DNA of 64,000 nucleotides from positions 17,796,001-17,860,000 of the forward strand of contig OZ076409.1 in NCBI GenBank assembly GCA_964187785.1, read 5' to 3'. The stretch is from Amphiscolops sp. MND2022. Lineage: Eukaryota. Shown here one piece after another: positions 24,501 through 38,200 of this stretch. The notes beneath the pieces were generated by a model, which saw only the letters and a list, made by a program, of their open reading frames with translations, did not search any database and was not told the DNA's origin. Position 1 is the first letter of the stretch. Every line of letters starts with the position of its first letter. The position numbers and the translations under genes are program-made.

Positions 24501-26229
24501 GCGATACCTTTGGTAGTGATGCTTCTACCCAAGCACTCGATTTTTGGGTGGCCAAAGGCGCAGTTGGACATCGACAGCTTTAGTCCTGCCTTCTGTATCT
24601 GCTGGAAAACTGCTTCGATGTTGATTATCATTTCGTCCACATTGTTGGCCGCGATCCCAATGTTGTCGACATATTTGGCACATTTGTCTGCTTTTACTAG
24701 TGCATCCAGATACTCGCGAATTGTGCTGTTGAACGCAGACAAAGACCTGTTCAACCCTTGCGAAAGTCGGAGGTAAGCAAAGGTTCTGCTGCCAAAATTG
24801 AATGCCAGAAGGTGTATTGACTGTTCGTCGGCCATTTGAAGGCAGTGGTAACCTTGCGAACAGTCAAGCTTGCAAAAGTACTTCTTGCCAGCCATGTGCT
24901 GGGCTGCATCGGCAATTGTCGTTACTGGATGGTTGTCTTTGTTGTAGTCGTTTTTGAGGAGGTGGTTGATCCGCCTCAAGTCGACTAATATCCGAAGTTT
25001 CCCGTTGGGTTTTCGTTGTGCAAATATTGGGGAGGAATATTTGCTGTATGCTAACGTTGTGATGATCCCGTACTCCTGCATCAGGGCGAGTTCAACCAGC
25101 AGGTCATCTTTCAGATTGGTTGGAGTAGGTAAACTCTGGGCGTACACAGGATCATCGTGTTTGGGTGTCAGCTTGATTTTGAAATCGGTGTTGATGCCGA
25201 TATCAAGACGATGTCTAGCAAATATCGTGTGGTATTTGACGAGCAGTTCTTCGATCCTCTGTTGCTCGTGCTCAGTGAGGATCGAGTTGTCCCAGCTGAA
25301 ATTTTTGAGGAACGCCTGGCGTTGTTCGTCATCACATGTCGGGTTGAGTTTTTCAGCTTCTCGGAGTTCGATGAGTTGGTCGTGGATGCGTCTTTCTATT
25401 TTATTTAGCTTGTCAGGATCGTCACATGCTTCGGGCATCGGGAACCATCGTTTATCATTTGTGGCACTGGGATCCTGGAACAATTGGTTGATCACGGCTG
25501 CTTCATCAGGGAATTTAGTGATCAACGTCAGCTGCTCGTTAGTCATTGGCTGAATGTTTTTGGCTTGGTTTGGCGTAAGTATTCGGAAGAATGCGATTAT
25601 GCTGTTCTGGGGTATCGTTATTGCGTGGTCCATGTGGTTGGTGATTTGGACGTGGGCCTGTTGGTCCTTGATTTCGGACATTGATGGAGACACTAGCAAT
25701 TCAGTCTTTCGTTCAAAGGCTGGGAACGCCTCTATTGTGCCTGTCACTGTTCCAATGTTCTTGTCTGTTGTAGCAAGCACAAAGATTTGTTGTCCGGGCG
25801 AGATGGTTGTCTTTGGGTTGTTCTGAGTTCCAACATCTGCAGTTTGAATTTCCCATTTGGCGGTTTTAGTTGGAGGGTTGTTTCTTGGAATCGCACAATG
25901 TTATTTGCAAGGTCCAGAGTAACAGAGTATTTTTTAAAGAAGGACATTCCGATGAGGATGTTTCCCATTGTTGGTAAGATCATGAATGTATCTTCGAATA
26001 TTTTCCCTCCAATGAAAAAACGAAGAAGCACCTGTTTTCTCACCAGAACGATGTTTCCGTTGGCTATTTGGACTTTGAAGTCCGGTGCTGGATATTCCTC
26101 TAACTGGGCTGCTGGGTGGGCTTGTAAGATTCGACGTAGTTCGTTCTCAGACATCGTGCTCTGGATTGCTCCAGTGTCCAGTAGCCCTTGATTTTCGTAT
26201 TCCCGGAACTGAAGAGGAACGTAGAGCAT
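20739..26229 (-). pseudogene. pol: pol polyprotein (aspartic protease, RT, RNase H, integrase), frameshifted
   Basis: LLDTGA protease; RT motifs KLDCSQGY and YVDNI (YxDD mutated); RNase H MCDAS; integrase HHCC zinc motif, EIDLV / TDNG / MVES, GPF motif and C-terminal RYNLR; several frameshifts. Confidence 0.95.
21171..22118. mobile_element. Non-autonomous CACTA/CMC-like DNA transposon inserted in the integrase tail
   Basis: Perfect 22-bp TIR CATTACGATACATATGCCGCAA; TC 2-bp TSD (21169-21170, 22119-22120); removing it restores the pol frame (DPDAV-DDQALF). Confidence 0.9.
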
Positions 26230-26728
26230 CTTGTTTCTTCTGTCTAGCTGAAGTGTAGCACTTAATGGTCTAATGTTTGTTGGCTTCGGTGGGTTCCCCG
26301 TTTGGTTTTGTCATTCAGTTCATTCGTCTTTTGTTGTGGGTTTTTGGTTCTGGCCGGGTTCACATTTTCTCGTTGTTGTGGTTTAACTGCGTTTTCTTTC
26401 GGAATGCAATCCTTCGTTGTACAATTGGGGTTGTCGTCTATGAGAGGAAGTATATGGTAGTTGTTTGGCGAGACTTTTTGTACATAGTATTTCGTCGATG
26501 GTTTAGTCTGTTTGTCAGGACGCTGCCAACATCCTGTCATTGCAGTTTCTGAGTAGTAGTGAGTATGAGTTGGTTGTTTGGTGCGCGCACTTTCTGTTTG
26601 GTTGGACTGAGGATGACGTGATATTACATGTTTTTTGAGTTCGTGTCGAACTCATCGTTGTAATCCGTGTCGTAGCAGTCTTTAGCTTCTTCTGGTTGGG
26701 TAGGCTGGCTTGTCGCTTGCGTGGCTTG

Positions 26729-28397
26729 CTAGGATGGCTGATAGTTGTTTTGCGACTGTTTGAACTCACGACGGAATTCGCGATTTTCATTGGTGGACTG
26801 CTTGTCATATGGTACATTTCGGTAAGCCGATGCACCTGGTACCCTGTCTCTGCAATCCCGTGCGGAATGTCCGATCTTGCCACAAATTTGGCATACTAGT
26901 TTGGAGTTGTATCGTGGTTTTTCGGCTTCTTGTTGTTGAGCATTGTTGTTTCCAGGTTGAGGACGTTGTTGTGATTTCTTCGTTATTCCGTTGGCTTCGT
27001 CCCGGAGGCGTTTGCAGCATTCGATCATCTTGTGGCCCAGTATGTTGCAGTATCCTCAATTTCCTTCGAATCTTCGTTTGACTTCTCTTGTGGCGTTCTT
27101 CTCGGTGTTGTTGTGGTTGGGGGCCGGCTGAGCGTTGTTTTGTTTCGGTTGGTAGTTGTAGACCTGGTTAAGTTTTTGCATGTCTGAGGTGCCAGGGAGC
27201 AATTGTGCATATTGGCAACGGCGTTGTACAAACGTCTTGATTTCTTCGACCTTGGCGTTGTGTTTGCCTGCCATGGCAAGTTCATTTTGGATCTGGATTG
27301 GCAGTTTGGCAAACAAAAATGTCTCGGCAATGTCGTTGGCTTTGTCTCCATACGCTTGTTTAGCGAGTTTCTTGTATTTAGTGAGGAAAACGGCAAACGA
27401 CTCCTTCCAGGGGTCGTACCTCATCTGGTCGAATTTATACTTCGATACCTCTCTTAGGTCCTCCTTTGCATACTCTTTGTTGAATGCTTGCAGGACGTCA
27501 TGGAGTGTCGTTTCGGTTGTGATTTTTAGGGTTTGCCAGATTTCTATGGCCTCGTCTCGGAGCAAGCTCTGAAAGTAGTTCAGTTTCTGCTCTTCTGTCA
27601 GTTTATTCGTGTGTGGGCGGAGGTGGTTCTTCAGTAGGTGTTCGAATTCATTATATTTGTCTCGGTTTCCGCGGAAGAGAGGGACTTGAGTTTGGAGGAT
27701 TTTGGGCTGTATCACTCCATCAGTCATTGTTGTCCGTAGATTGTGGATTTCGGTCATGACGTCGTCCATTTGAGGGTCATTGGTGGATGGTGCACGGTTT
27801 CTGGTCTGATTGGTTGCAGGAGTTGGAAGGGTCCTGCGTGGCTGTTGGAGGTTTGGAGTCGGGATTGAGTTCGTGGAGACTCCAAATATGGTTCAGTTTA
27901 TGATCCGTATGGTTCCATGAATAGAAATTTAGCATAACGTAGTCAAAAAACCAACCAAAATGCCGATACAGTGGCAAAACTGAAAACAAGGTCGCAATCA
28001 TCAATTTTTGGCAGCTTCTGCTGAATTATTCGTAGTTCTCCAAAGACTCGAAATTCCACAGCAAACATGGGTACTTTTCAGAACGAGTCACGTCCGGGTT
28101 GTTAACGATGTTAAGTCCGTTACATTCACTAGTAGATGATGAGATCTTCTCGGTTAATGCCATCACAATGCTCGTTAAGTCGCTAATTTGCCTATTCATT
28201 TCCATGAAACGTTGGTCGACTGAACTCGAGTAAGGATTTTGTCTGCTGTTGATAATATCTCCACTATCAAACTCATTCATCTGGTTTCTCGACAAAACTT
28301 CCGGAAAGCTGATCTCACTTTCGTTATCACTGTTCTGTTCCATTCTGCTGGAACTTGCTGCATAACTGTCTACGTACTGTGATCTCGTATTGACCAT
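26729..28397 (-). pseudogene. gag: gag (starts in the 5' LTR; capsid-like region and two CCHC knuckles), interrupted
   Basis: MVNTRSQ start at 28397; capsid-like ORF 27056-27769 stays open upstream to 27892; knuckles (C>*)RYCNILGHKMIEC and CQICGKIGHSARDC. Confidence 0.85.
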
Positions 28398-29118
28398 GCT
28401 CGGTTCTTTAGTAAGACTTTTGAGTTTTTTAAGTTTATTGGTTAAGTTGAAGGAGAAGAATTACAAGTTTGTACGTTAATGATGTAAGCAACACTACGTA
28501 GGCTGAAGGTAAATTGTACTGATGGTATTTCAACAATTGTTATTTTCTGCACAATGCTGGTCACGCGTCTACGTCACGTGACCGTTTTAACCAATGATAT
28601 TGCTCTATTGATTAGGTGTTAATTGGTGCGTCCTGCTGGTCGCAACGCAAATGGCTTTTTGTACGAAATATAGCACCAATATGTTGCCATGGTTACGTGA
28701 GTCATCTATCACCTTGGTAAACCAATTCAACTTTAAGATGATGGCGACATACCATCATTGCACGTAATTCTTCAGGTTACTGGTAAAGCTAAATATGGTG
28801 GAAGCACTTGTACACTGAGTATAAATATGATGAACGCACTTGTACGTAGAGTATAATGATTAAATGATGCTAATTTTTGTACGTTAACTACACGTTGGGA
28901 AAAGAATTGCTGATGATGGGATAAGCCCGTCATTGTTCAGTGGTAATTCATGGTTATTGAAATATCAGGCATATTGCATTTAACTGAGTTGTTTAATGTT
29001 TAGAATGTTTTTTATCAGTTTCATTGTTGTATTTTCTTTGTATCAACCACTGTCTAAACTTGATGTAGTGGTATTGACAACGTTGTCTCTCGATTTAATT
29101 CATGCTTCCGGCATGACA
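28076..29118 (-). repeat. 5' LTR (1043 bp)
   Basis: Direct repeat of 10758-11793; outer end followed by TSD GTACT; inner terminal CA mutated to AA. Confidence 0.95.
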
Positions 29119-29355
29119 GTACTGCTGAACAAAATAATGATTTCCTATTACCTACGGAGTTGCCGAGGAGAATTGTCTGGATATGTATTGTCGTTAACTC
29201 CTCGGAGGAAAAATAATCCAAAAACGATCTTAACGAAGGCGCAGTAGCACTTCGAGATTTTCCGTATTTTAATGCAGGATGTCTTTACAAAAACTTTAGA
29301 GTCCTTTTCGTCCATTTCCAAATACGAAGTAAAGTGACAAAATAATTCAATTGAA

Positions 29356-29480
29356 TAAAGACGCCCGCTGAACACCGGGATATTTTCCGCCTTGTCAAAA
29401 AAAATCAGACGGAGGTGGTATTCGAACCCACTATCTACTGATTGACAGGCGGATGCGCTACCAACTGAGCCGTCGTGCCT
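29356..29480 (-). mobile_element. tRNA-derived SINE-like repeat
   Basis: A box CGGCTCAGTTGG and B box GGTTCGAATAC followed by a non-tRNA tail ending GGGCGTCTT; related copies at ~39822-39930 (-) and ~54968-55045 (+). Confidence 0.7.
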
Positions 29481-30294
29481 CAAATTGCAACTAACAGAAC
29501 GCGACTAATTTTGGAGATTTGGCAGAATTTGTAAAAAAACACAGATTATAATTTTTCTTCTACACAATAAATGCCGCGAGTGATCTAGAAACATGTTTGA
29601 ATGTTTCTTCATTAAAACTATTGACTACATTATCCGATACTTATTTTAATCGGTCAGAAACAGCCCAAGTCTCGCCCAGGACGCAAGGAAGCAAAGAACC
29701 CGCCAAACTCTGCAAGTACGGCCAATGAAAAAATTTTGAGCAATTCTTAAGATGACAGTTTACGAAAGTGATTGGTCCGTAAAAAACAATGAGGAACTGA
29801 GAACGAATTTTTAGTCGTGCCAAAAAATTCCACTCGAATGTGTGCCAGAACTTTAGACGTCTTTGTACCAAAGTACGGAAGTCAACTGAACAAGGCCTTA
29901 AAACTGTATTATAAATGTTTCAAACTGCTCTTCAGACTCTGTTCCAATTCTTATTACTTCGGTTGTGTTCGTACTTCCGTGTGCTGGTGTATAAAATCAA
30001 ATTTTTCCTCTGATAGTTTTGCTGCCTCACACCTCACGGTAAAACATTTGCAGGCAATTGGTTATGCATTGGATGACTCGAAACTGCAGTTTTGCTCGCT
30101 CAAGGTCACGAAAGTCTGATTGCATACCGTTCCGCTTTTCACTTGTTTTCTCTAACAAATGCGTACTGTATCACTACCACATCACTGAACTAGTGATGTG
30201 AAACTGAGTCTAAACTCAACACTGGTGATTTCAGAGAATATACAGCTTATTTTTCACACCACGTTCCACTGAAATTGGATAACGTGTTAGACAC

Positions 30295-30758
30295 GGGAGC
30301 GGGACAAAACAGCCGATTTTAAACGGGACAAAACAGCCGATTTTCAAAATAGGACAAAACAGCCGATTTTAAAACAGTACAAAATCGCCTATTGGTAAAT
30401 ATAAAAATCGCCGATTTTGTCAATGCTTAAGATTAGCAGTGAATAAAATTATCATAACGTAGTCAGATATGTTCACATACTCCTAGTGCCCTAAATGCAG
30501 GAGCGAAGCGGAGCGACGTGCCATATGGCCATGCCTCAATGTTGCTACTTGGCGAAGGGAGCGAAGCGACAGATCCATACAACAAATATGAACCTCTTCA
30601 AATAAACCAAGTTCCATGCATATCGGCTGTAACAGCACTCATTTTGTTCCGTGTTGAAAATCGGCTGATTTGTCCCGTTTTGAAAATCGGCTGTTTTGTC
30701 CCGTTTTGAAAATCGGCTGTTTTGTCTCGTTTAAAATCGGCTGTTTTGTCCCGCATCC
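30295..30758. mobile_element. Mutator/foldback-like MITE with TIRs made of tandem repeats
   Basis: Inverted arrays of GGGACAAAACAGCCGATTTT; 9-bp TSD GTTAGACAC (30286-30294, 30759-30767). Confidence 0.9.
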
Positions 30759-32251
30759 GTTAGACACACTTTTGTTCATTTTGCTAAGGTCTCCAGAGAA
30801 TCATTCAAATTTTGTTTCGGAAAAAACTTGATTTTTAGTGGTTCGATTCTCTGATCATTCGTAGTCGACGAAACATCCGACAAATTTTCGAAAGCAAAAA
30901 TGTTTAAAGTGATATTTTCTGTTCCATTTCAGGCTCAAGAAAGTTTCTTGAACTTTTTTTCTTAAAAAAATAGCTAAGGGGAATATTTTTATTGAGCTCT
31001 CTTGGTGTTATACCCAGGAGCCATCGAAATCTGACATAATTTGCGTGACGCTTGAAAATTGATAATTTGACAATTTTAGTCCACTCAGGCATTTTAAATC
31101 AAAAACGTTTTCAACAAAAGTAAGCGCATCATCCAAATGATTCCTTTGCCAAATCATTGACTCATGTCTCGAAAACATCTATGTATAAAACTCGTGTGCG
31201 ATTTCTCTTCTAAAAAACATACTAGATGGCTAATTGTTCCGAACTGATCGGATGGATATTCTAAGTTACTAAAGTTTTCGAAAACTGTACAAAAGCTTGC
31301 CAATAAATAGTCAAAAATTGGTGAACTTCGTCATATGTGAATCTACGGTCATTTTTGGGGTCATGGTTTATGGGGCACTTTTTCCAAAAATAGTTTGAAT
31401 AACTCTGCTATTAGATATGCTATGAACCTACTTTTTTAATGATAGATCAGGTCTTTGAAAGGACCTACATCATTTGTGTATAAAAATTTAATTTGGCAAA
31501 ATTAAGGAAAAACACGGCTTAGTTAGAAATTTTCCTCGAGGCAAAACTGCTGCACTTTTGGAAGAAAAAACGAGTGCTGAAAAAATATATTTACAAGCTG
31601 TGAGAATGAATTGTTCCAACTTGCTATTAATTCTTATTGTAACTTCTGAAATGGAATTTCTACAAAAACATGCTTTGCTTCGCTTTAACAAATTGCATAG
31701 CTTCTACGTGCTTATTTTGGTAGTAAAGGGCCAGAAAATCAGATCATATAAAAAAGTAGAGTTACACTTGATGACCAAAAGTCGATATATCCGCAATTCA
31801 ATTAGCAACATTTTTAGAATTAAAATCAATGTCTTGAAAACGGCTTGAAAATCCCATCAAAAAGACATTTAAAGCAGGTTCGAACACGAAGTTGATAAAG
31901 TTTAAAGTTTTAGATTTCATCTTTACATACGCAAATGAAATTATTCGAAAGTTTAACTAACTGTTCGAGGCTTTATCTGCGTAAATATATTCGATGTAGC
32001 TCTACCTTAAAATTGTAAAAATTAAACTTTAAAGTATGTTTAGTGTTTGGTTTTCAATCAAGTTCATGAAGTATTTGATATTTGTATACAAATTTATAGC
32101 TATAGCCTCAAATTAGGAACGCGAGACCCAAGACGCATAGTCACAAGTTTTGGCTGTACCTTCTGCAATCATGTTTGGTAATCGCAATAATTTATATTAC
32201 ATAATTTACAAATAAGTGTAATGGAGATAGACTTTGACGTTTTTTGGTTTC

Positions 32252-35200
32252 TCAAATGTCTCCATTGCCGAACATCATCAAGTTGTAGTCAGCCTTCATC
32301 TCGAAAGCTCTGTTGATTCGCCAATTGGGTGGGATCTCAGGTTCAGGGGGTCTGAAAGAAAAAAATGAACTGAACTTGTCTATAGACATCCTTTGTTGAA
32401 ATTCCTTGAACTTTTTGCATATTCCTTGAAGTTGCAACCAACTTTTATTGTGATTTTCTAGAATTCTCACGGAAACGTTCATACTCAGCGTGCTATTTGA
32501 GAAGCGGTGATTGTAGCAGAGTAGTTGAGAAATCAAAGTGTGAATACAATGTGATCATGTCGATAACGAAGTGGGAAATGTTAACCATTTTAATTTCAAC
32601 ACAGCAAACGGCAGTGTATTTCTACAAAAAATTACATCCGGAAGATGACTGAATTTTCTAGGCTCTATGAAAAATGATCCTCCATGCAAGCCTGCAGCAT
32701 GTAAAAAGTTCCAGCAGTCTCGACTAAGGATAGCACGGGTCTGTTGCGAAACTTCTAGAGTCTTTTTTTGCCACATCAAATAACTGAAAAATGAGCCATT
32801 TTCTACAGATCTTTCAATGTTACAGATAATACAATTTAAAACCTTTCTCAATTTAAAAAAGTACAAAAGTGAGCGGTAATGGCCCGTTGCATACCATTCT
32901 GATTTTATGGTTCAATTTCAATAGAAGGACAATGAACACATTGATGATATTTCACCTGATCTTAGCTTTTTCCCAAGTTGAAACAGTATAAATCTTTTCA
33001 TGTATCAGTAACCCTGGTCGAAGTTGCCGCGAAGTTTTACAGGCACCGTCAAAAAATGCCGGCAAACTGTTTTTTATAAAACATGGAAAAATCAGGAATC
33101 CTGCATGGAAACATTTTGTAGGATTACCATGCAGCCTTCACTATTTGAGTTAAAACTGAAAACATTTCCACTTCTTCACCACCGCGATCATTTTGTTTTC
33201 ACGCGTAAGTTTCTCAAGTAAGTACCTTATGTAAACACCGTTAGTCAAACTGCACGCTGAATTTGACGCTACTTTGAAACTTATAATGCGACTGAAGATT
33301 ATTTGCATTGAAACCGCGTTAAAATTGACGAAGGTCTCAGCTGCTTTCAAAATTAGAACGGCGTCTTTATGAAACTTGCAAAACTTCGCGGCTCAGAATT
33401 GCAGCCAAATTTAGAATGCATCTTGTAGGCAACTTGATAAGTTTAAATTGCATCAGTGAAGTTTTAATGCATTGAGGTTTCCTTGAGAATTTTATAAAAT
33501 CATGAAAAAGTAGCTTGGTAACCTCCAAAAACTTGTAAAAAGTTCAAGCAGTTCCAACCAAGGAAGTTGCCAAGCACGTCATCAAGTATTTTGGAAAATT
33601 TATGGAAAGTTTCAATAATTTAACTTTCCACTTTCAATTGAATTTATTAGCCATAGCGGCATTTCGAAGCCCTGAAAATTTGCCGGCTTTAATAATGCAG
33701 CTGATACCTCACCAATTTCACAATCATTCTAATGCAAACTAAATTTTGTCATTTTGTAAATTACAAACAAGACGGGAACGTCCCAAGTCGGCGCCAAATC
33801 TTAGGCTCAAAAATATTCAAGGAACAACTATTGGAAAAATTTGGAAAAAATTATTTTTTTTTCAAAAAATTTATTTTTGATTTTTGTTTTCGAAAAAAGT
33901 ATTTTTAAGTCGCACAATGCCGAAAAACTCAAAAAGAGGCCATTCAGGCCCATTCAACGTTTTCTACAAACCGAAAACATCAAAAAAATGCAAGGGGGTA
34001 CCCTTTGATAAATTTCGAAAGTTTTCGGAAAAAGTCGCATAGTGCCGAAAAAAAACCAAAGGGGGGACCCTTTGGTCTCACCTGTACTTTTGGAAGCATT
34101 AAAAAATTTATAGTTTAGTGCGAGAATCGAACCCACGCTCTCCGGCTGGGTCGAAGATGGAAGATGAACGAATATGAAATATGAACAAATTGTAAGAAAA
34201 GTGGACCACTCAGAGTAAGATTGTCACAAAAAAAAACAAAAAAAACTACTCACTGTAAGAGTCGGGCTTTTTTCCTTAAGGGAAAAGGCGCCGACTAACA
34301 AGAGTCCTTTTCAGTGTGCTATTTGACTAACGGTAATTATACAAAATCGACAGAGAAGCGAACGTGAGAAGACAACATGATGGAGTTGACAACGGTGAAA
34401 TGTTGTCTACTGCGATTAAAATAGTGGTAGCTGCAAGGTGATTCTACAAAGTTGTTCCCAGCAGGCTCCTAGTGTTTCATATTCGATTTTACTAACGCAC
34501 AATAAAAATATTGAAATAATCTAACTAAAGTGCCTGACAAATATAAGAAAAGCAGGACCATGTCATCTTTTTTCCCTTGTTACACCTTGTTGAGACTTTC
34601 CCCTCAACACGAAAGCACGAAAGCACATTTTGTTTTTGAACAAAAATATTTCACTAATAAGAGAACAGTATATGGAAGTATAAACTTAGAGGATTGTCGC
34701 TACAACTGTTTGAACACTTCTTGTAAAAAAAATTTATCATAATTATTCGATATTATTGTCCAAAATATCAGAAATTCACGTTTGGAACAAGCAAAAATCG
34801 TATAAAATGTCCCCTTCTCAGCGCAAATTTTGTGCGCTATAAAATCTAATGAACAACTTTTAACTGGCAGACAATGTAATGGTGTCGCGAGTACTGTCTG
34901 GGTTTTCATCATGAAGACGATTACGGAAGGCTCTCTCCTTGAACTACTTCTGACTTTCCGTTTCAAATACCTTCGGCATCACGTTCGGCCGAGACATTCC
35001 ATCCTTTCTGTGTCATCTGTCCTAAACTGGCACTGAGGTTGTTTTGAATTTGGGGCAAAACTTGATTGCTTATCGCGTCATTAATAGCCCTTTGGTGTTG
35101 AACTCTGACACAATTCATAACCTCATTTCTCTCGAGATCCTTAAGTTGAGCTCGCCTGATAATCTGTAAAACTCATCACTAGAGTCTGTACCAGCTGAGG

Positions 35201-38200
35201 TACGGCCGTAATTGATACTGTTACTTGATCTATTTTCCCTAGAGTTGGGGTAACTGTTCTCCTCGTTATTCTCTGGTGCATTGAAATTTGGACTATCAGG
35301 CCTCCTAATGGAGTCGCTAAACTTACTTCCTTCCCTGTCTAGGTGATTGCTTCCCAACATAATATCTCGATTTTCAATGTCATATAACAATTCTGCTCCT
35401 CTAATTTTTCTAGCTTTCTTTTGTTTTTATTTTCTAGTGGTAGGCATCAAGAAATCCTGATTGTAAAATTCCATTAGGAAATCAAGTTTGGATATTATCA
35501 AAGAATGTGAATGGTTGTAGAACCAAACAAATTGTGTTTTTCTCAAGGAAAGCATGAGAATATATACCTCTGAGAAAGTAACATACAGATTTTTTACATT
35601 GTTGTATAAACGGAAATAACATTCCAATTGCGTTTCGTCAAACAAAGTATTATGCGGCTTTAAGTTACAAATTCCACGAAGGGCACATGACTAGGGTGAG
35701 ATTTCGCCATTAGCATTACACTTTACTAGCGGTGTCAACTTTATCAAAGCACCTTAGGAATTTGGCCTAATCGGGTTAAGAAGGAATGTATCAAAATGTA
35801 TCAAGAAGGGTAGCATCTCCAATAAATATCAACAAATATCAATGTCATCAACACAATGGCATTGGAAATATGCATAAACATTTTCAATCACGCACTCATG
35901 TACGTACATTACTGTGCATCTGCAAGCTAAATCGCTACAGACACATTTCTGTGCGTGTAGGCCCTCCGATTCCGCAGACATGTCTTAAAGCGTGCAAAAT
36001 TGACAATTTAGCACTGATTTTGCGGAATCCACGCCACGAAAATCGGCGTTTTTCGGAATCCGAGGGCATGGGTTAATACGTTAGCCGGTTTCATTTTGCG
36101 GAAACTGGGACCAAAAATATGCCGACAAATGCCGACAAGATGCCGCCAAATTCGTGTCTTGGATTCCACAAAGTGCATTACAACCAATCAGATGGCTGCA
36201 AATTTCAGCGTCTTACTTTCCACTTACATTTTAATTAGCTGAAATCAAATTTAATAAGCCGGAGAGTAAATACAAAGTCAATTTCCACAAACAAGTTAAA
36301 ATCAATGTCTCTCTTTCCGTAAAACTGTCGGCTTCTCTTCCTTTCATCTATACTATACTATACTACTATACTATCGTACAACAATTATACAGACTGCATT
36401 TGAATTTGAAAAAATGAAATTTGAAAATGAATTTTAAAAAAAAACGAAAAAGGAAAATTTCTTTCAACACTTTACCAAAGTGCAAAATATTTATACTGAT
36501 TGTACATAGTGATATACAAAAGAGAAATACAATAGAGAAATACTACATTTCTACCGATTGTAATGAAATTGTAAAAAAATGAAAGATTTATTGAAGTCAT
36601 TAGTGTGGAATTGAATTTATATTTTGGTTCCAATCGTGGGTCAAATCGTGATTAACAGAAAGTTGTTTCCGAACATGAACATTACTAGTTTTGTATCATA
36701 ACATTACTTATTTTGTATCAAGACAAAATGCGGAACCAGAATATACGTGTTGCGGATTGTACTACATTCATCCTATGGTACTACAATTATACCAACTGCA
36801 TTGGAATTTGAAAAAATGAAATTTGAAAATGAATTTGAAAAAAAAACGAAAAAGGAAAATTTCTTTCAACACTTTACTAAAGTGCAAAATATTTATACTG
36901 AGTGTATATAGTGATATACAAAAGTGAAATACATTTATACCAACTGGAATAAATTATTTTAAAAAATGCGGAAACAGGATATACGTGTTGCGGAATGTAG
37001 GCGTACGAATTACTCTATTGGATAAAATTTTAGAATCTGAGACACATTTAGCACTGAGCACTATTTGCTCTCGAAATAATTGGCGCTATTGAGGCCTGGC
37101 ATAAGTGGCAATTAATTGGCCCCATTAACTTGCCAAGACACAAAATTGCGGAAAGTAAGATTTCAACTTCAAAGGAAGCTAAGGCAGTGGACATCAAAGG
37201 GGAATGAATTCAGTGCACGCGTCTCGGTTTCCGAGATTTCGTGTCCTGATTTCCGCAAAACGCTCAGAAAAAGCTTGCAGATGCACTGTAATGTAAAAAA
37301 ATGTATATCCGGCTAAATACTACACCAATTTTCATGTTTCAACATTCATGTTGAAGTGGTTAAAATGGGATATTCATCCTGGGACGGACATATCTTCCGT
37401 CATATTTCCTCCAAGGACCGGCACATAATAGTAGCATCTCCAATTGGCAAATCATTACTTGGCAGTACTTATTTACTGTAATACATGAAAGAAAGCAACT
37501 TAAGTACTATTTAGACAGGTCTAGAAAAATATTAGCAAAGCAGCACACTGCACGTGATTAAAAGAATGAATGGCCGGAACCGGCCATTTGACTGGTGTGG
37601 TGTTCCATTACTTGTTAGCTCTGCTTGGTCAATTAGTCGTAATCGGCTGGTATTAATGATACTTAGGAATAGTACTACAAGCACTGCACTGTGATTGGTT
37701 GAATTATCACTATCAAGCAAGCAAAAGAAAGGACTTTTCCGTATTCGAACTCGTTTTCTTTCCGCTGCTTAGTACACTTACTTCAGCTTGTATTTGTCAA
37801 TCTTGTGAAAACTTTACAGCAAATTTGATCATTTATCAACGGTTAACAGACTAATAAAATAATCATAGCAACGGTGCTTCCAAAATAGCTTAACAAGTAA
37901 ATTGATTGAGTAGAAAGTGTTTATTAGTTTATATTTCAATAAATGGGGAGGGTTCCAGGTGCTATTCCCTGACCGTCTGCGGTTGTAGTTATTTTCGTAC
38001 CATCACAGGCGGCAGCCTGCGACAAGTGGATAGGATTATGTCGACATCAATTAATTTATTGGACCAAAATTCCAACGTAAACGATGCCGACATAATGGTA
38101 TTTGAACCTTCTCTCTTATTTTCCCCTGCCGCAGTTTGGGGGGAAATAGATGACTTGGTCCGAAAAGCGTTTTTGATTGACTTGATGCTTTTGGTTGAAG

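Larger units (their letters stand above)
10758..29118 (-). mobile_element. Full-length, decaying Ty3/Gypsy LTR retrotransposon (~18.4 kb including later insertions and a duplication)
   Basis: Paired LTRs; TSD GTACT at 10753-10757 and 29119-29123; PPT; gag-PR-RT-RH-IN order on the minus strand. Confidence 0.97.

Noticed and set aside
22416..27572. Plus-strand ORFs overlapping gag-pol
   Set aside because: Antisense shadows of coding sequence with no motifs or splice structure, unlike 12785-17163, which does not overlap any long sense ORF.
27881..28071. The 197-bp insert as an intron in gag (GTACCC...TTGGAG on the minus strand)
   Set aside because: Splicing these sites leaves gag out of frame, and the sequence is a copy of the host flank.
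29410..29480. Functional tRNA gene
   Set aside because: No convincing acceptor stem or cloverleaf; followed by a shared repeat tail, so SINE-like.
38001..38016. 16-nt micro-exon of the FN3 gene
   Set aside because: Ends in phase 0, whereas the terminal exon at 32351 needs phase 2; at most an alternative last exon stopping at 37989.
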